From Scenedesmus sp. PABB004 (taxonomy: Eukaryota): a stretch of DNA of 64,000 bases. The notes under the pieces are model-generated. The model was not told where the DNA came from. It searched no databases and worked only from the letters and a program-made list of their open reading frames with translations. The DNA lies in NCBI GenBank assembly GCA_014905635.1, contig JABVCE010000005.1, forward strand, positions 992,001 through 1,056,000, written 5' to 3'. Positions 20,582 through 31,582 of this stretch are shown here, piece by piece; within the stretch, counting starts at the first letter, position 1; every line of letters starts with the position of its first letter. Both the position numbers and the translations under genes were made by a program.

Positions 20582-22761
20582 ATGGCGGCTGCCGCTGCCG
20601 CGCTGGCCTGGCTCTCCCGCGCCGCGCCCGGCCTGACCCCCGCTTGGGCCGCTGCTTCGGCACTTGCGCTGCTTCTGGGCGCGGTGCTGTGGCTGCTGCG
20701 ATCGCACGCGGGCCGCGCGGTGGGGTCGCACAGGCGCGGCCTCCGCTGCTGCCGCTGCTGCCGCGTCCGGCGCCGCCGGCCGCTGCTGCCACCCCACCAC
20801 CTCGCCGCCCGCACTGCAGGCCCACCAACGTGCCGGCGCTGCCGGGCGGCGCGGCGCTGCTGGGGCACGCGGCCGCGCTCGCGGCGGTGCCGCCCGGCGG
20901 GCTGGCCGCCTGGCTCGCCGCGTCGGCGGGCGCGATGCAGAGCCGGACCTTCGCCTTCACCCTGCCGGCCTGCCCCACGTTCCACGTGGTGCGGGGGCGC
21001 GCCAGAAGCCGCGCAGCGCGGCTGGGGCTGCCGCGGCGCGCCCAGCGCGCGCACCGGCGCCGCGCGCCAGGGCGGTCGCGGACGCCGGCCGCCGCAGGTC
21101 ACCGACGCCGCGTGCGCGGAGTTCGTTCTGCGCATAGAGCGTCAGAGCTTTGCGCGCACGCAGCACGCGGCGCACCCGACCAGCGCGGTGCCGGAGCGGC
21201 CGCGCGGGCGCGCCGCGGCGGCGCGCGCGGCGGCGGCGTGGATGCTGCAGCGGCAGCACCTCGCCGACGCGCTCGGCGCGCCCAGGTGGGCGCGGCGCGG
21301 CGCGGCGCGGCGCGGCGCGGCCGCCCCACGCGCAGCGCGCGCTGGAGCGCCGCTTGTGATCCCACCGCCGCCGCCGCCGATCCCGCCGCCGGCAGCTTCC
21401 CGCGCTGCGTCGACGCGGGCTTTGCCGCCGCGCTGCCGGGCCTGGAGGCGCGCCTCGCGGCCGCGGCGGCGGCGGGCGGGTGCGTGGACCTGCACGACCT
21501 GATGCACCGCTTCACGCTCGACTCGTTCGGCACGATCGGCTTCGGCGTCAACCCCGGCTGCCTCGCCGCCGAGGGCAGGGTGCCCTTTGCCGCCGCGCTC
21601 GACGACGCCGGCGCCGCCGCGGCGTCGCGCGGCGCCGACCCCTGGTGGCAGCTGCGCGAGCGCCTGGGCGGGCGGCGCGCCGCGCGGGCGCGCTGCTGGG
21701 CGGCGATGCGCGCCTGGGGGCGCGACGCGCTCGGCGCGGCGGCGGCCCGGCGGCCGCCGCCGGCGACCGAGCCGGGCGCGCCGCCGGACCTGGCGGCGGC
21801 GCTGCAGGACGCGTGCGGCAGCGAGGCGCAGCTGGTGGACGCGGTGCTGAACTTCATCATCGCCGGCCGCGACACCACGGCGCAGGTGTGTGCGTGGCGC
21901 GCAGAGTCGCGCGCGGCGCGCGCCGGGGGCCTCGCGCGCGGGCGCAGCGCCGCAGCGCTCACGCCGCCGCCGCGACCGCGGCCGCCTCTGCTCTCTGCGT
22001 GTCGTGGCCAGGCGCTGTCGTGGACGTTTTACGAGCTCATGCGGCACCCCGCGGCCGAGGCGGCGCTCGTGGCCGAGGTGCGCGCCGCGCTGGGCGACGG
22101 CGGCGCGCGGCCGAGCTACGAGCAGGTGCGGGGCCTCCGCTTCACGCGCGCCTGCTTCCTCGAGGCACTGCGCCTGCACCCCCCGGTGCCGCAGGTGAGC
22201 CGCGCGCGGCGTCGCGCGGCCCGCGCGGCCCCGCGCGGCCCGGCGGCGCCGCCCGCCCGCGCGCAAGAGGGCCCGGCTGGCGCCGCGCCCGCAGACGTTC
22301 CGCGTGGCCTCTGAGCGCGTGACGCTGCCCGACGGCTCGGTCGTGCCGCGCGGCGGCGTGCTGCTGCTGTCGCCGTACGTCATCAACCGCCTGCCGGGCT
22401 TCTGGGGCACCGACGCCGACGACTTCAGGCGCGCACCGCGGCGGCGGCAGCGGCGGCGGCGGTGTGCGCCGGGCGCAGCGGCGAGACCCCGCCGCGGCCC
22501 ACGCGCCCCGCGCGGCGCCTGCGCAGGCCGGAGCGCTGGCTGGAGCTGGAGGGCGAGGAGCCCAGCGCCTACAGCCACCTGACCTGGGGCGCGGGGCCGC
22601 GCGCGTGCCCGGCGCGGCGCGCGGTCGAGGGCCCATGCGTCGCGACGGTCGCGGCCATCGCGGCGCGCTTCACGCTGACGCCGGCGCGGCGCGCCGCTGA
22701 CGGTGGCGGCGGGGAGACGCCAGCGGGCGAGCTGGTGGCTCCGGCGGCGCGGCGGCGGTGA
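20582..22761 (+). CDS. Cytochrome P450, CYP86-clan-like, divergent copy
   Basis: TM N-terminus, LPGGAALLGH, RFTLDSFGTIGFG, NFIIAGRDTTA, EALRLHPPVP, PERW, atypical heme motif TWGAGPRACPA. Confidence 0.8.
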
Positions 22762-23082
22762 CCGCTCCGCGCCGCGTGCTGCGCGCCGCCCGCGGCGTCC
22801 CGCGGTGCAGCGCGCCGCTGAGCCCCGTCGGTCGCGCCGCCGCAACGCCAAGCCGCCCCTTTCCGGGCGTCCCGCCAGATCACCAGCTCCTCGAAACCAC
22901 GGTCACGGCGCGCCCTCCGCGAGCACGAGACGCGAACATCCGCGTAGGCGCCCGCCCGCGGGCACGCGCTGCGGCCGCTCCTGCCCCGGTGAGCTGCCGG
23001 GGAGGTTCCAGGGGCCTAGGAGTCACCGACCGACGCGCTGCGGACGCGCCACGGGCCGGGAGCGCGCAGCAGCACTGGCCAC

Positions 23083-25448
23083 ATGGGCGCCGCCGCGGTC
23101 GTGGAGGAGCTGCTGGCCCATGCCGGCCGGCTGGGCCTGGCCAGCACCATGCGCGGCCTGGCCAGCACCACGTCTGCGCAGCTCGTGCTGGCTGCGGCCG
23201 CGATCGCCCTGATCGCGTGGGTGCTCAGCGGCAGCGGCGCCGCGGCGCGGCACGGGCGCGTGCCCGAGCTCCCGGGCGGCCTCCCGCTGCTGGGCCACGC
23301 CCTGGAGGTGCTGCACAACCTGCCCCGCATCCACGACTGGCTGCTCGAGAGCACGCGCGCGATGGGGCACCGCACCTTCTCGTTCGCCGTGCCGACGCTG
23401 CCCCGCTTCTTCATGGTGCGCCGCAGCGTGGCCGCAGCGCCCGGCCGCGCCGCCGCGCGCGCCGCGCCGCGCCGCACCTGACACGCGCGCGCGCCGCCAG
23501 GTCACTGACCCCGCGAGCCTCGAGTACGTGCTCAAGACCCACAACGACTCGTTCGTCAAAGGCAAGGTCTTTGAGCGCAACTTTGGCGAGCTGCTCGGGC
23601 ACGGCATCTTCACCCAGGACGGCGCGTCCTGGCTCTGGCAGCGCAAGCTCGCGACACACATCTTCAGCGTGCGCGGGTGCGCCGCGGCGGCGCGCCATGG
23701 CGGCGCCGCCGCGCGCCCGCGCGCGCCGCGGTGGTGCTGGCACCCCGCCCCAGGCTGTCGCGCCGCCCGCTGATGTTCAACATTGAACGTTGAACCCCGT
23801 GTGATGCCGGCAGGTTCAAGCAGTACATCAACGAGGTCTTTGGCGCCAAGATGGAGCAGCTCACCGCCAAGCTCGCGGACGCGGCGGCGGCGGGCGGGTG
23901 CGTGGACCTGCACGACCTGATGCACCGCTTCACGCTCGACTCGTTCGGCACGATCGGCTTTGGCGTCAACCCCGGCTGCCTCGCCGCCGAGGGCAGGGTG
24001 CCCTTTGCCGCCGCGTTCGACGAGGCCCAGGTGGTGAGTGGCCGCGGCGCGGCGGCGCGCCGGGCGGCGCGCGGGGTGTCCGCGGCCCCGCCTCGCGGGC
24101 CCTGCTCAGGCCCAGCGTGCGGCGGCGGCGCGCAGATCGTGAACGCGCGGTTCTGGGTGCCGCTGTGGCCGCTGGTCGAGCTACTCAACGGCAGCCGCGC
24201 CCGCCTCGCGCGCGACTCCACGGCGGTGCGACGCTTCGCCGCCGACATCATTGCCACGCGGCGCGCGCGGCTCGCCGCCGCCGCGGCGGCGCCCGCGGCG
24301 GCCGGCGACGGCGCGGGCGAGGAGGCGCCGCCGCCGAGCGACCTGCTCTCCCTGTTCCTGGACGCGACCGGGCCGGACGGCCGCCCGCTGAGCGAGGCGC
24401 AGCTGGTGGACGCGGTGCTGAACTTCATCATCGCCGGCCGCGACACCACGGCGCAGGTGGGTGCAGGGCGCGCGGAGGCGCGCGCGGCGCGCCCCGGGGG
24501 CCCCGCGGGTGGGCGCAGCGCCGCAGCGCTCACGCCGCCGCGCCTCGGCCGCCTCTGCTCTCTGCGTGTCGTGGCCAGGCGCTGTCGTGGACGTTTTACG
24601 AGCTCATGCGGCACCCCGCGGCCGAGGCGGCGCTCGTGGCCGAGGTGCGCGCCGCGCTGGGCGACGGCGGCGCGCGGCCGAGCTACGAGCAGGTGCGGGG
24701 CCTCCGCTTCACGCGCGCCTGCTTCCTCGAGGCACTGCGCCTGCACCCCTCCGTCCCCGAGGTGCGCCGCAGCGGCCGCCGCCGCCCCCGCCGCGCGCGC
24801 GCCGCCGGCCCCGCCGCCGCCGCCCCCGCCGCACCTCACGCGCCGCCGCTCACACGCGCCGCCGCGCGCCGCCACCCACGCGCCGCCGCCTCCCCCGCGC
24901 GCCCCCGCCCCTCTCACGCGCGCAGGACGTGCGCTACGCGTCGCGACGGCACGTGCTGCCGGACGGCAGTGTCATCCCGCGCGGGGGGCAAGTCGTGTAC
25001 AGCCCCTACGTGGTCAACCGCCTCACCAGCTTCTGGGGCGACGACGCAGACGACTTCAGGCGCGCCCGCCCGGCTGCGGCAGCAGCAGCCAGCCCCGCCG
25101 CGCCGCGAATGCAGCTCGCCCGGCGCCGCCCACCCCCTGTCGGCCCGGGCGCCGCGGCCGCGCCGCGCGCGTCGTGCGCGCCACCCACGCAGGCCGGAGC
25201 GGTGGCTGTCGCTGGAGGCGATGCCCAGCCCCTACAGCTACCTCACCTTCAACGCTGGGCCCCGCCTCTGCCTCGGGCAGCGCCTCGCCGAGCTGGAGGG
25301 CGTGTACGTGCTGGCGGGGCTCGCCGGGCGCTTTGCGTTTGCGCGCGCCGGCCCCAACCCGCCCGGGCCGCGCTACACCGTGGCGTCGACGCTGCCCATG
25401 GCCGGCGGGCTGCGCGTGGCCGTCGCGGAGCGCGGCCGCGCCGACTGA
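23083..25448 (+). CDS. Cytochrome P450, CYP86-clan-like (CYP704/86/94-type)
   Basis: PGGLPLLGH, LLGHGIFTQDGASWLWQRK, DLLSLF, NFIIAGRDTTA, EALRLHPSVP, PERW, FNAGPRLCLGQRLA. Confidence 0.92.
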
Positions 25449-26159
25449 GCGCGGCCGCGGCGGCGGCGCGCGCGGGCCATCGGGCGGGAGGGGAACGCAC
25501 GCGCGAGGGCGCGGGAGAGCGGGGCTCGCGGCTCACGCGCCGCACAGGCGGGGAGCGCGACTGCACCAGACTGCACAGGGGAACTGGCGAGGACTGCAGA
25601 TACATCCGCTTGGCGGCGGCTGGGCGGCTGCCTCGGCGCGAGGGGGGGGGGGGGGGAGAACGACTGGGCGGGGCGAACTGTCTAGAGGGCGACGACGTTG
25701 GGGCACGAGCCCGCGGCCGCCTGCGATGACGGCGGCACGCTGCGGCCGGGCGCGTCTGGGCAACCCGGGGGCGGCGCGGCTGGGGCTGGGGCGAGGCCGC
25801 GACTCTCGACTGCACCAGGGGGCGCTGCCGCGGCCGCCTCCACTCACGACACCGCACTCCACAACGTTCGGCATCCGGAGGGAGGGAATCAGGCCGGTGT
25901 GGGGGCTGGTTAAATGAAGCGGCGGCCGGGCGGGGCTGGGGCCTGTGAGGAGGGGGGCCGGCGTCTGCCGGCTACGCACGCGCGCGGCGGCGGCCTGTCG
26001 CCGCCTGTAGCCGGTTGAGCTCGCTCTTGTTGCACTGCATTGCGTGGCCTGCGCTGCTTACAAACTGCCGCTCACGCTCCTGCCGCCGCGGGGCGAGGTT
26101 GACGTTGACCTGGCTGGCCCGCTGCTCGCGCGCCGAGCCTCCTGCAGCAGCAACGCAGC

Positions 26160-27937
26160 TCAGCGGGCGCTGCGGCCAAACTGCACAAAGTAGGCCTCGT
26201 CCACGCGCCCCGCCGCGCGCGCGGCGTCGCGCGCCGCCGCGTCGCGCGCCGCCTTGGCGGCCATCTGCTCGCGCAGCGCGGCCGCGCCCTTGGCCGCCTC
26301 CGCACGCCTGATCGCGTCCGCCGCCTGCGCCTGGGAGTAGGGCGACCCCGTTTGCGGTCAGGCCGCCAGCCGGGCTGCTCTGCTCTGCGCAGCGCGCGCG
26401 GCGCGCGCAGTCTCCCGCGCACCTGCTGCAACACGGCGCGCTGGACGTCGCGCTGCGCCGCCGCGCGCGCGGCCTCGGCTGCGGCAGCGGCCGCGACCGC
26501 TGCGTGGCGCGCCTCCACCTGCGCGAGCTGCTCCTGCTGGATCGCGCTGCGCTGGCTCGGGCTCATGCCCTTCCAGTGGTCCCTGCGCACCTGGCGGCGG
26601 GCGGGCGCCGGCGGGCGGCGGGGAGCCGTGGAGGGACGCCCCGTCGCTGGTCGGCCGCGCACGCGTGCGACGCAGGCGGCGCGCGCGCTCGTGCGGCCGC
26701 GCACCCGCGCGGGCGACAGCGCCGACGCGGCCTGGCCCGGGTCCTCGCGCAGCCAGGGGTCGGCCGTGGCAGCCGCGAGCTCGTCCAGCTTGGCCGCCAG
26801 CTCCGCCTGGCGCGCGGCGTCGCGCTTGGCGGCCTGCAGAGCGCGCAGCTCCTGGTTGGCGTCGGCCACCTGGCGCGCGAGCTCGGCGCGCGCCGCCGCC
26901 TCCTGGCCGGCCACGGTGCACTGCAGCGAGTCCAGGCCCCTGCGCTCGCGGCGGGGCCAGCAGCGCGCTCGGCGCCCGCCGCACGCGCGCCGAGGGCTGA
27001 GCGAAAGCGCGCCGCGCGGCGCACCTGATCGCCGCCCCCAGCGCCTGCTTGTCCTCCGCCTCGCGTGCCGCAGCCGCCGCCTTGGCCGCCGCCTGGCCCT
27101 CCCACCACGCCTTGCACTGCTCGCGCTGCGCCGCCGTGCGCTCGCCGATCTGGGGCGGCCGCGGCGCGAGCGTCGGCGGGCGGCGTTGCGGCGCGGCCCG
27201 CCCCGCCCTGCCCCCAGCGGCGGCCCACCTCCAGGTCCTCGCCGTCAAAGCGCTGCAGCGAGGCGGGGCCGCAGCGCGGGTCGGCGTCGCCCAGGCGCGC
27301 GGGCGCCTCGCGCGCGCGCGCGTCCGGGCGGTTCAGGTCCCACTCCCGCGTCGTCGCCTTGCCCTGCGGCGCGCGGGGCGCGCGGGTCGCGCCGCGCCGC
27401 CGCGGGAGGGGAGCGGCCGGCGCCCCCAAGGGAGAGGGTGTGTGTGCGCGCCTGGGCGGTCGCGCGGAAGGCCGCCACCTCGCGGTCCCAGTCCTTGCGC
27501 AGCTCCGCCGCGCCCTGCTGGCCCGCGGCGAGCGCGCCGGCTACGGAGCTGGTGGCCTCGGCGTACGAGCTGCGTGGCGGGCGGCGCTGCGGTCGGCGCG
27601 CGAGCGACGGCCGCCGCCCGAGCAGCGAGCGGCGCAGCGCGGCGCGCGCTCCCGAGCGCACCGCTCCGCCGCGCGCTCCGCAGCCTTGCGGGCGGCCTTC
27701 TCAGCGACTTGCGCGTCCAGGGCCGCGACGTCGACCTGCGCGCGCGGCGCCGGCGGCGGCCGGTCGGCGGCGACCGGGGCGGCGCGGCTCAGCGGCTCCG
27801 CCGGCCTGCGGCTCGGCGCGTGAGACCGTGAGCGCTGCGTCCGGGCGCGCGCTCACGCCGATGAGCCGCTGCTTGGCGTTGAGCACCCGCTCCAGCCGGC
27901 CCGGGTCGGCGGTGTTGCCGGCTGCGCAGCGCCCCAT
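26160..27937 (-). CDS. RIB43A: RIB43A-family ciliary microtubule inner protein
   Basis: RLERVLNAKQRLIG, TREWDLNRPD...PARLGDADPRCGPASLQRFDGEDL, DHWKGMS, C-terminal DEAYFVQFGRSAR*. Confidence 0.88.
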
Positions 27938-28582
27938 GGCGCTGTGGCGCTCGCGAATAACTGCGGCGGCAGCGCGCAGGCGCGGCGCGGCGGCCGGGCG
28001 GTCAGCAGCGCGCGCGCGGTCAGCAGCACGCGCGCGCGGCGCGGGGCAGCGCCGCGGCCGTGCGGCGGCGAGCTCAGCAGGCAACCTCGCCCGAGCTGCC
28101 GGGCGGGCGGCGCGGGGCCGGCGGCGCGCCTGGGGCTCGCGGCCGGCTCGCGGGCGGCGCTTGGCGGCGCGCGCGGTGGCGGCGCGCGCGGTGGCGGCGC
28201 GCGCGGTGGCGGCGGGACTCGCCGCGGGGGCTCGGCTGCTGCACCGGGATGGACGACGCACTGCTCCGAGCTCGGAGCGGCGCGGCCACGGGGGCCGGGG
28301 GACAAGCGCTGAGCCTCGAGGTCGTCATTCATTGCGCCCCACTCTTAGCCGCCCCCGCGGCGCACACACGCCCCACACACTCGCGAACGCGCGCCACGAC
28401 CGTCTCAGCGACCGCCCCGCGCACCGACGCGCGCCTGCTGCCTCGCGCCCCGCTCGCCCGCGGGCTCTCGCCGCTGCCGCCCGGGGGTTCGTTGCCGTGC
28501 CCGAGCAGCCAGCCTCGGCGCTAGCGGCGCCGCCGGCGCGCCGCGCCGGGGGGCCGGCAGCAGCAGCGGCCGGGGAGGCGGA

Positions 28583-30705
28583 ATGAAGAGCATTAAGCAG
28601 CTCTTTGGCCGCACCTCCGAGGCCAAGGGCGGCGAGGGCGGCGGCCATGGCACCTCAGAGGCGGGCGAGCCCGGCGGCGCCGGCGCGGGCGCGGGGTGAG
28701 CCTCGAGCGCTCGCCCCATGCCGTCGGGGCCGCGCCGCGCTGGGCTGGGGCCTCCGCCGCCCGCGCCTGGGGTCTCAGCGCCGCGCCTGCCCCGCAGGCC
28801 GTCCGGGGAGGAGCGCGCGGCGGCGCCGCAGGGCCCCGCCAGCTTCTACTGCCCCGTCTCCATGGAGCTCATGAGCGACCCGGTCATGGTGGCCACCGGC
28901 CACACCTACGACCGCAGCTGCATCGCCAAGTGGCTGGCCCAGGGCAACCGCACCTGCCCGGTGACGGGCATGCGGCTGCGGCACCTGGAGCTCGTGCCAA
29001 ACCACGCGCTGCGGAACGCGATACAGGCGCGCGCGCGCGAGCAGCGGCGGCGCGCGCGGGAGCAGCGGCGGCGCGCGCGGGAGCAGCGGCGGCGACGGCG
29101 GCGGGCGCGCGGCGGCGGTGGCGGTGTGGCGCGGAGCGCGGTGCTGACTGAGAACCTGCCGCGTTTGCGCTGGGCTCGCGCGCAGGAGTGGGCGACCGCG
29201 CACGGCATCAGCCTGCCAAACCACTACGACACGAGCAACCAGCCGACGTTCAAGCTGGACGACCACCACCCAAAGAACATCCTGCAGGTGCGCCGCGCGG
29301 CCCCACGCCGGCGGCACGGCCGGGGCGGCGGCAGCGGGAGGGGCGGCCGGAGGGACGGCGCAGCGGCGGCGAGGCGCGGCGGCGGCAGCGGCGGCAGCGG
29401 CGGGCAGCGGCGGGCAGCAGTGGCTGCTGGGAGTGGCTGCGGGGAGCGGTGACAGCGACGGCTGCAGCAGCGGCGGGGGCAGCAGCGCGGGGCGGCAGCT
29501 CCTGCGGGGAGCGCCGGCGGCGGCAGGGAGCGGGCGCGGCGGCGGCGCTCGCGCGCCCGTGCTCACGCGCCCACGCCGCGCGCCGCCCGCGCCACGCGCC
29601 GCAGGGCCACGAGGAGATTGTGTGGGCGGTCGAGGTGTACGGCTCGCGCCTGTTCAGCGCGTCGGCGGACAAGACCATCCGCGTGTGGGACATTGACTCG
29701 CGGCGCTGCGAGCACGTGCTCGAGGACCACACGCGCCCGGTGCTGTCGCTGGCCATCAGCGGCACGCGCCTCTACAGCGGCAGCTACGACTTCACCATCA
29801 AGGTGAGCAGCAGCAGGCGCACAGCGCACACAGCGCGCGGCGCGCGGGCGCGCGGCGCCGCGCGCGGGGCGGGCCGCGCCCCGCGCGCCGCCGCCCGGGC
29901 GTGGGGCCTGACGCCGCCGCCGCTGCGCCGCCGCCCCGGCGCGTGCGGTCAGGTGTGGGACCTGACCACGCTCACGCGCGTCAAGACGCTCACCGGGCAC
30001 ACCGACGCGGTGCGCGCGCTGTGCGTGAGCGAGGGGCGCCTCTTCAGCGGCAGCTACGACGGCACCGTGCGCGTGTGGGACGAGGGCAGCCTGCAGTGCC
30101 TCGAGGTGCTCAAGGGCCACACCGGCCCCGTGCGCACGCTCGTGCACGCGGCGGGCTGCATGTTCAGTGGCAGCTACGACAAGACCGTGCGCGCGTGGGA
30201 CGTGTCGACGCTCGAGTGCCGCGCGTCGCTCACGGGGCACACCGGCGCGGTGCGCGCGCTCGTGGCGTCGCCCGACTTTGTGTTTAGCGGCAGCGACGAC
30301 ACCACGATCCGGGTGTGGGACGCGCGGAGCATGAAGTGCGTGCGCACGCTCGAGGGCCACGAGGACAACGTCCGCGTGCTCGCCGTCGGCGCGAGCCACA
30401 TGTTCAGCGGCAGCTGGGACAAGACCATCCGCGTGTGGGACCTGGCCACGCTCGAGTGCGTCAAGGTGCTCGAGGGCCACACCGAGGCGGTGCTCGCGCT
30501 CGCGGTCGGCGAGGGCGTGCCGACGCCGTCGTCGCGCGTGCTCGTGTCGGGCAGCTACGACACGACCGTGCGCTTCTGGGACCTCTCCACCTTCCGCTGC
30601 GTGCGCAAGTGCGACGGCCACTTTGACGCGGTGCGCGTGCTCGCCGCGGCGGGGGGCCACGTCTTCAGCGGCTCCTACGACGGCACGATCGGCGTCTGGG
30701 CCTGA
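28583..30705 (+). CDS. U-box domain + WD40-repeat protein (E3 ligase)
   Basis: U-box PASFYCPVSMELMSDPVMVATGHTYDRSCIAKW...CPVTG...LVPNHALRNAIQ|EW; multiple GH...SGSYDxTxRVWD repeats. Confidence 0.93.
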
Positions 30706-31582
30706 GCGGGCCCGAGGCTCTGCCGAGGCGCCCTGCCGCCGGGGCGCGCCGGCGCTGCGCCCGCGTGCCCGGCGCCGCGCGGCGGCGGCCCCCTGGGCGC
30801 GCGCGCCCCCGGGCTCGCAGCACGCCGGTGGCGCGGCATGCGTTCGCGCGCGCGTGCGCGCGCGCGTGTGTGCGAGGGGGAACGGCAGCAGCTGCGGCGG
30901 GCGCGGCGGGCCGCGCGCGCGCTCGGCGGGCTGAGACGCCCCCGCGGCGTGCCGCGCCGGCCCCCGCCCCGCCCGCGCGCCTGCCGGGGTGGGGGCCGCT
31001 GGGTGGCAAGCCTGTGTTTGCAGCGCGGGGGGCATGTGCATGTGCATTTGCGGCGCGCCTCGTCGGCGGCGCGTCGGTGGCGGCGCGCTGAGCGTCCGCG
31101 CAGGTTGGCGGGCGGCGTGTGGTGGTGGTGCTGTTGTCGCGAGAGAGGGCGCTGTGTGTGAGCCATCTGTGTGTGCGGCGTCTTCATGCGCGGGGCAGGG
31201 CCCCCGCGGCGCGGTGCGCCACGCGGCGCAGCGGCCCGCGTGGCAGCCGCGCTGCGAGGGGGCGCCCGCCAGCCTCCTAGGTGTGCCTCCTCCTTCGCCT
31301 GCAGGCGCGCACGGGCATTCCCGGCGCGCGCCCAGCTCTGTGTTGCGGGCGCGGGCACGGCGGCGCACGCGCTGTTAAATCTGCGGCGGCGCAGCGCCCA
31401 GGCCCCGCCCCGCTCTGCGTCGCTCCCTCAGCTCCGCAGCCGCGCGACGCACAGCGCGTGACCAGCGTCAGCGGACGGGCAGGGCGCTGCTGCGCGCTCC
31501 GCAAGTGCACGTCGCCAGCCCGAATTCCGCGGCCGCTTGTCCGAATTGACCATGCGTGAGCCTCTATCGTGACACAGGCCTC

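Noticed and set aside
29030..29095. 21-bp tandem repeat (GCGCGCGGGAGCAGCGGCGGC x3)
   Set aside because: Short intronic slippage repeat with no further structure.
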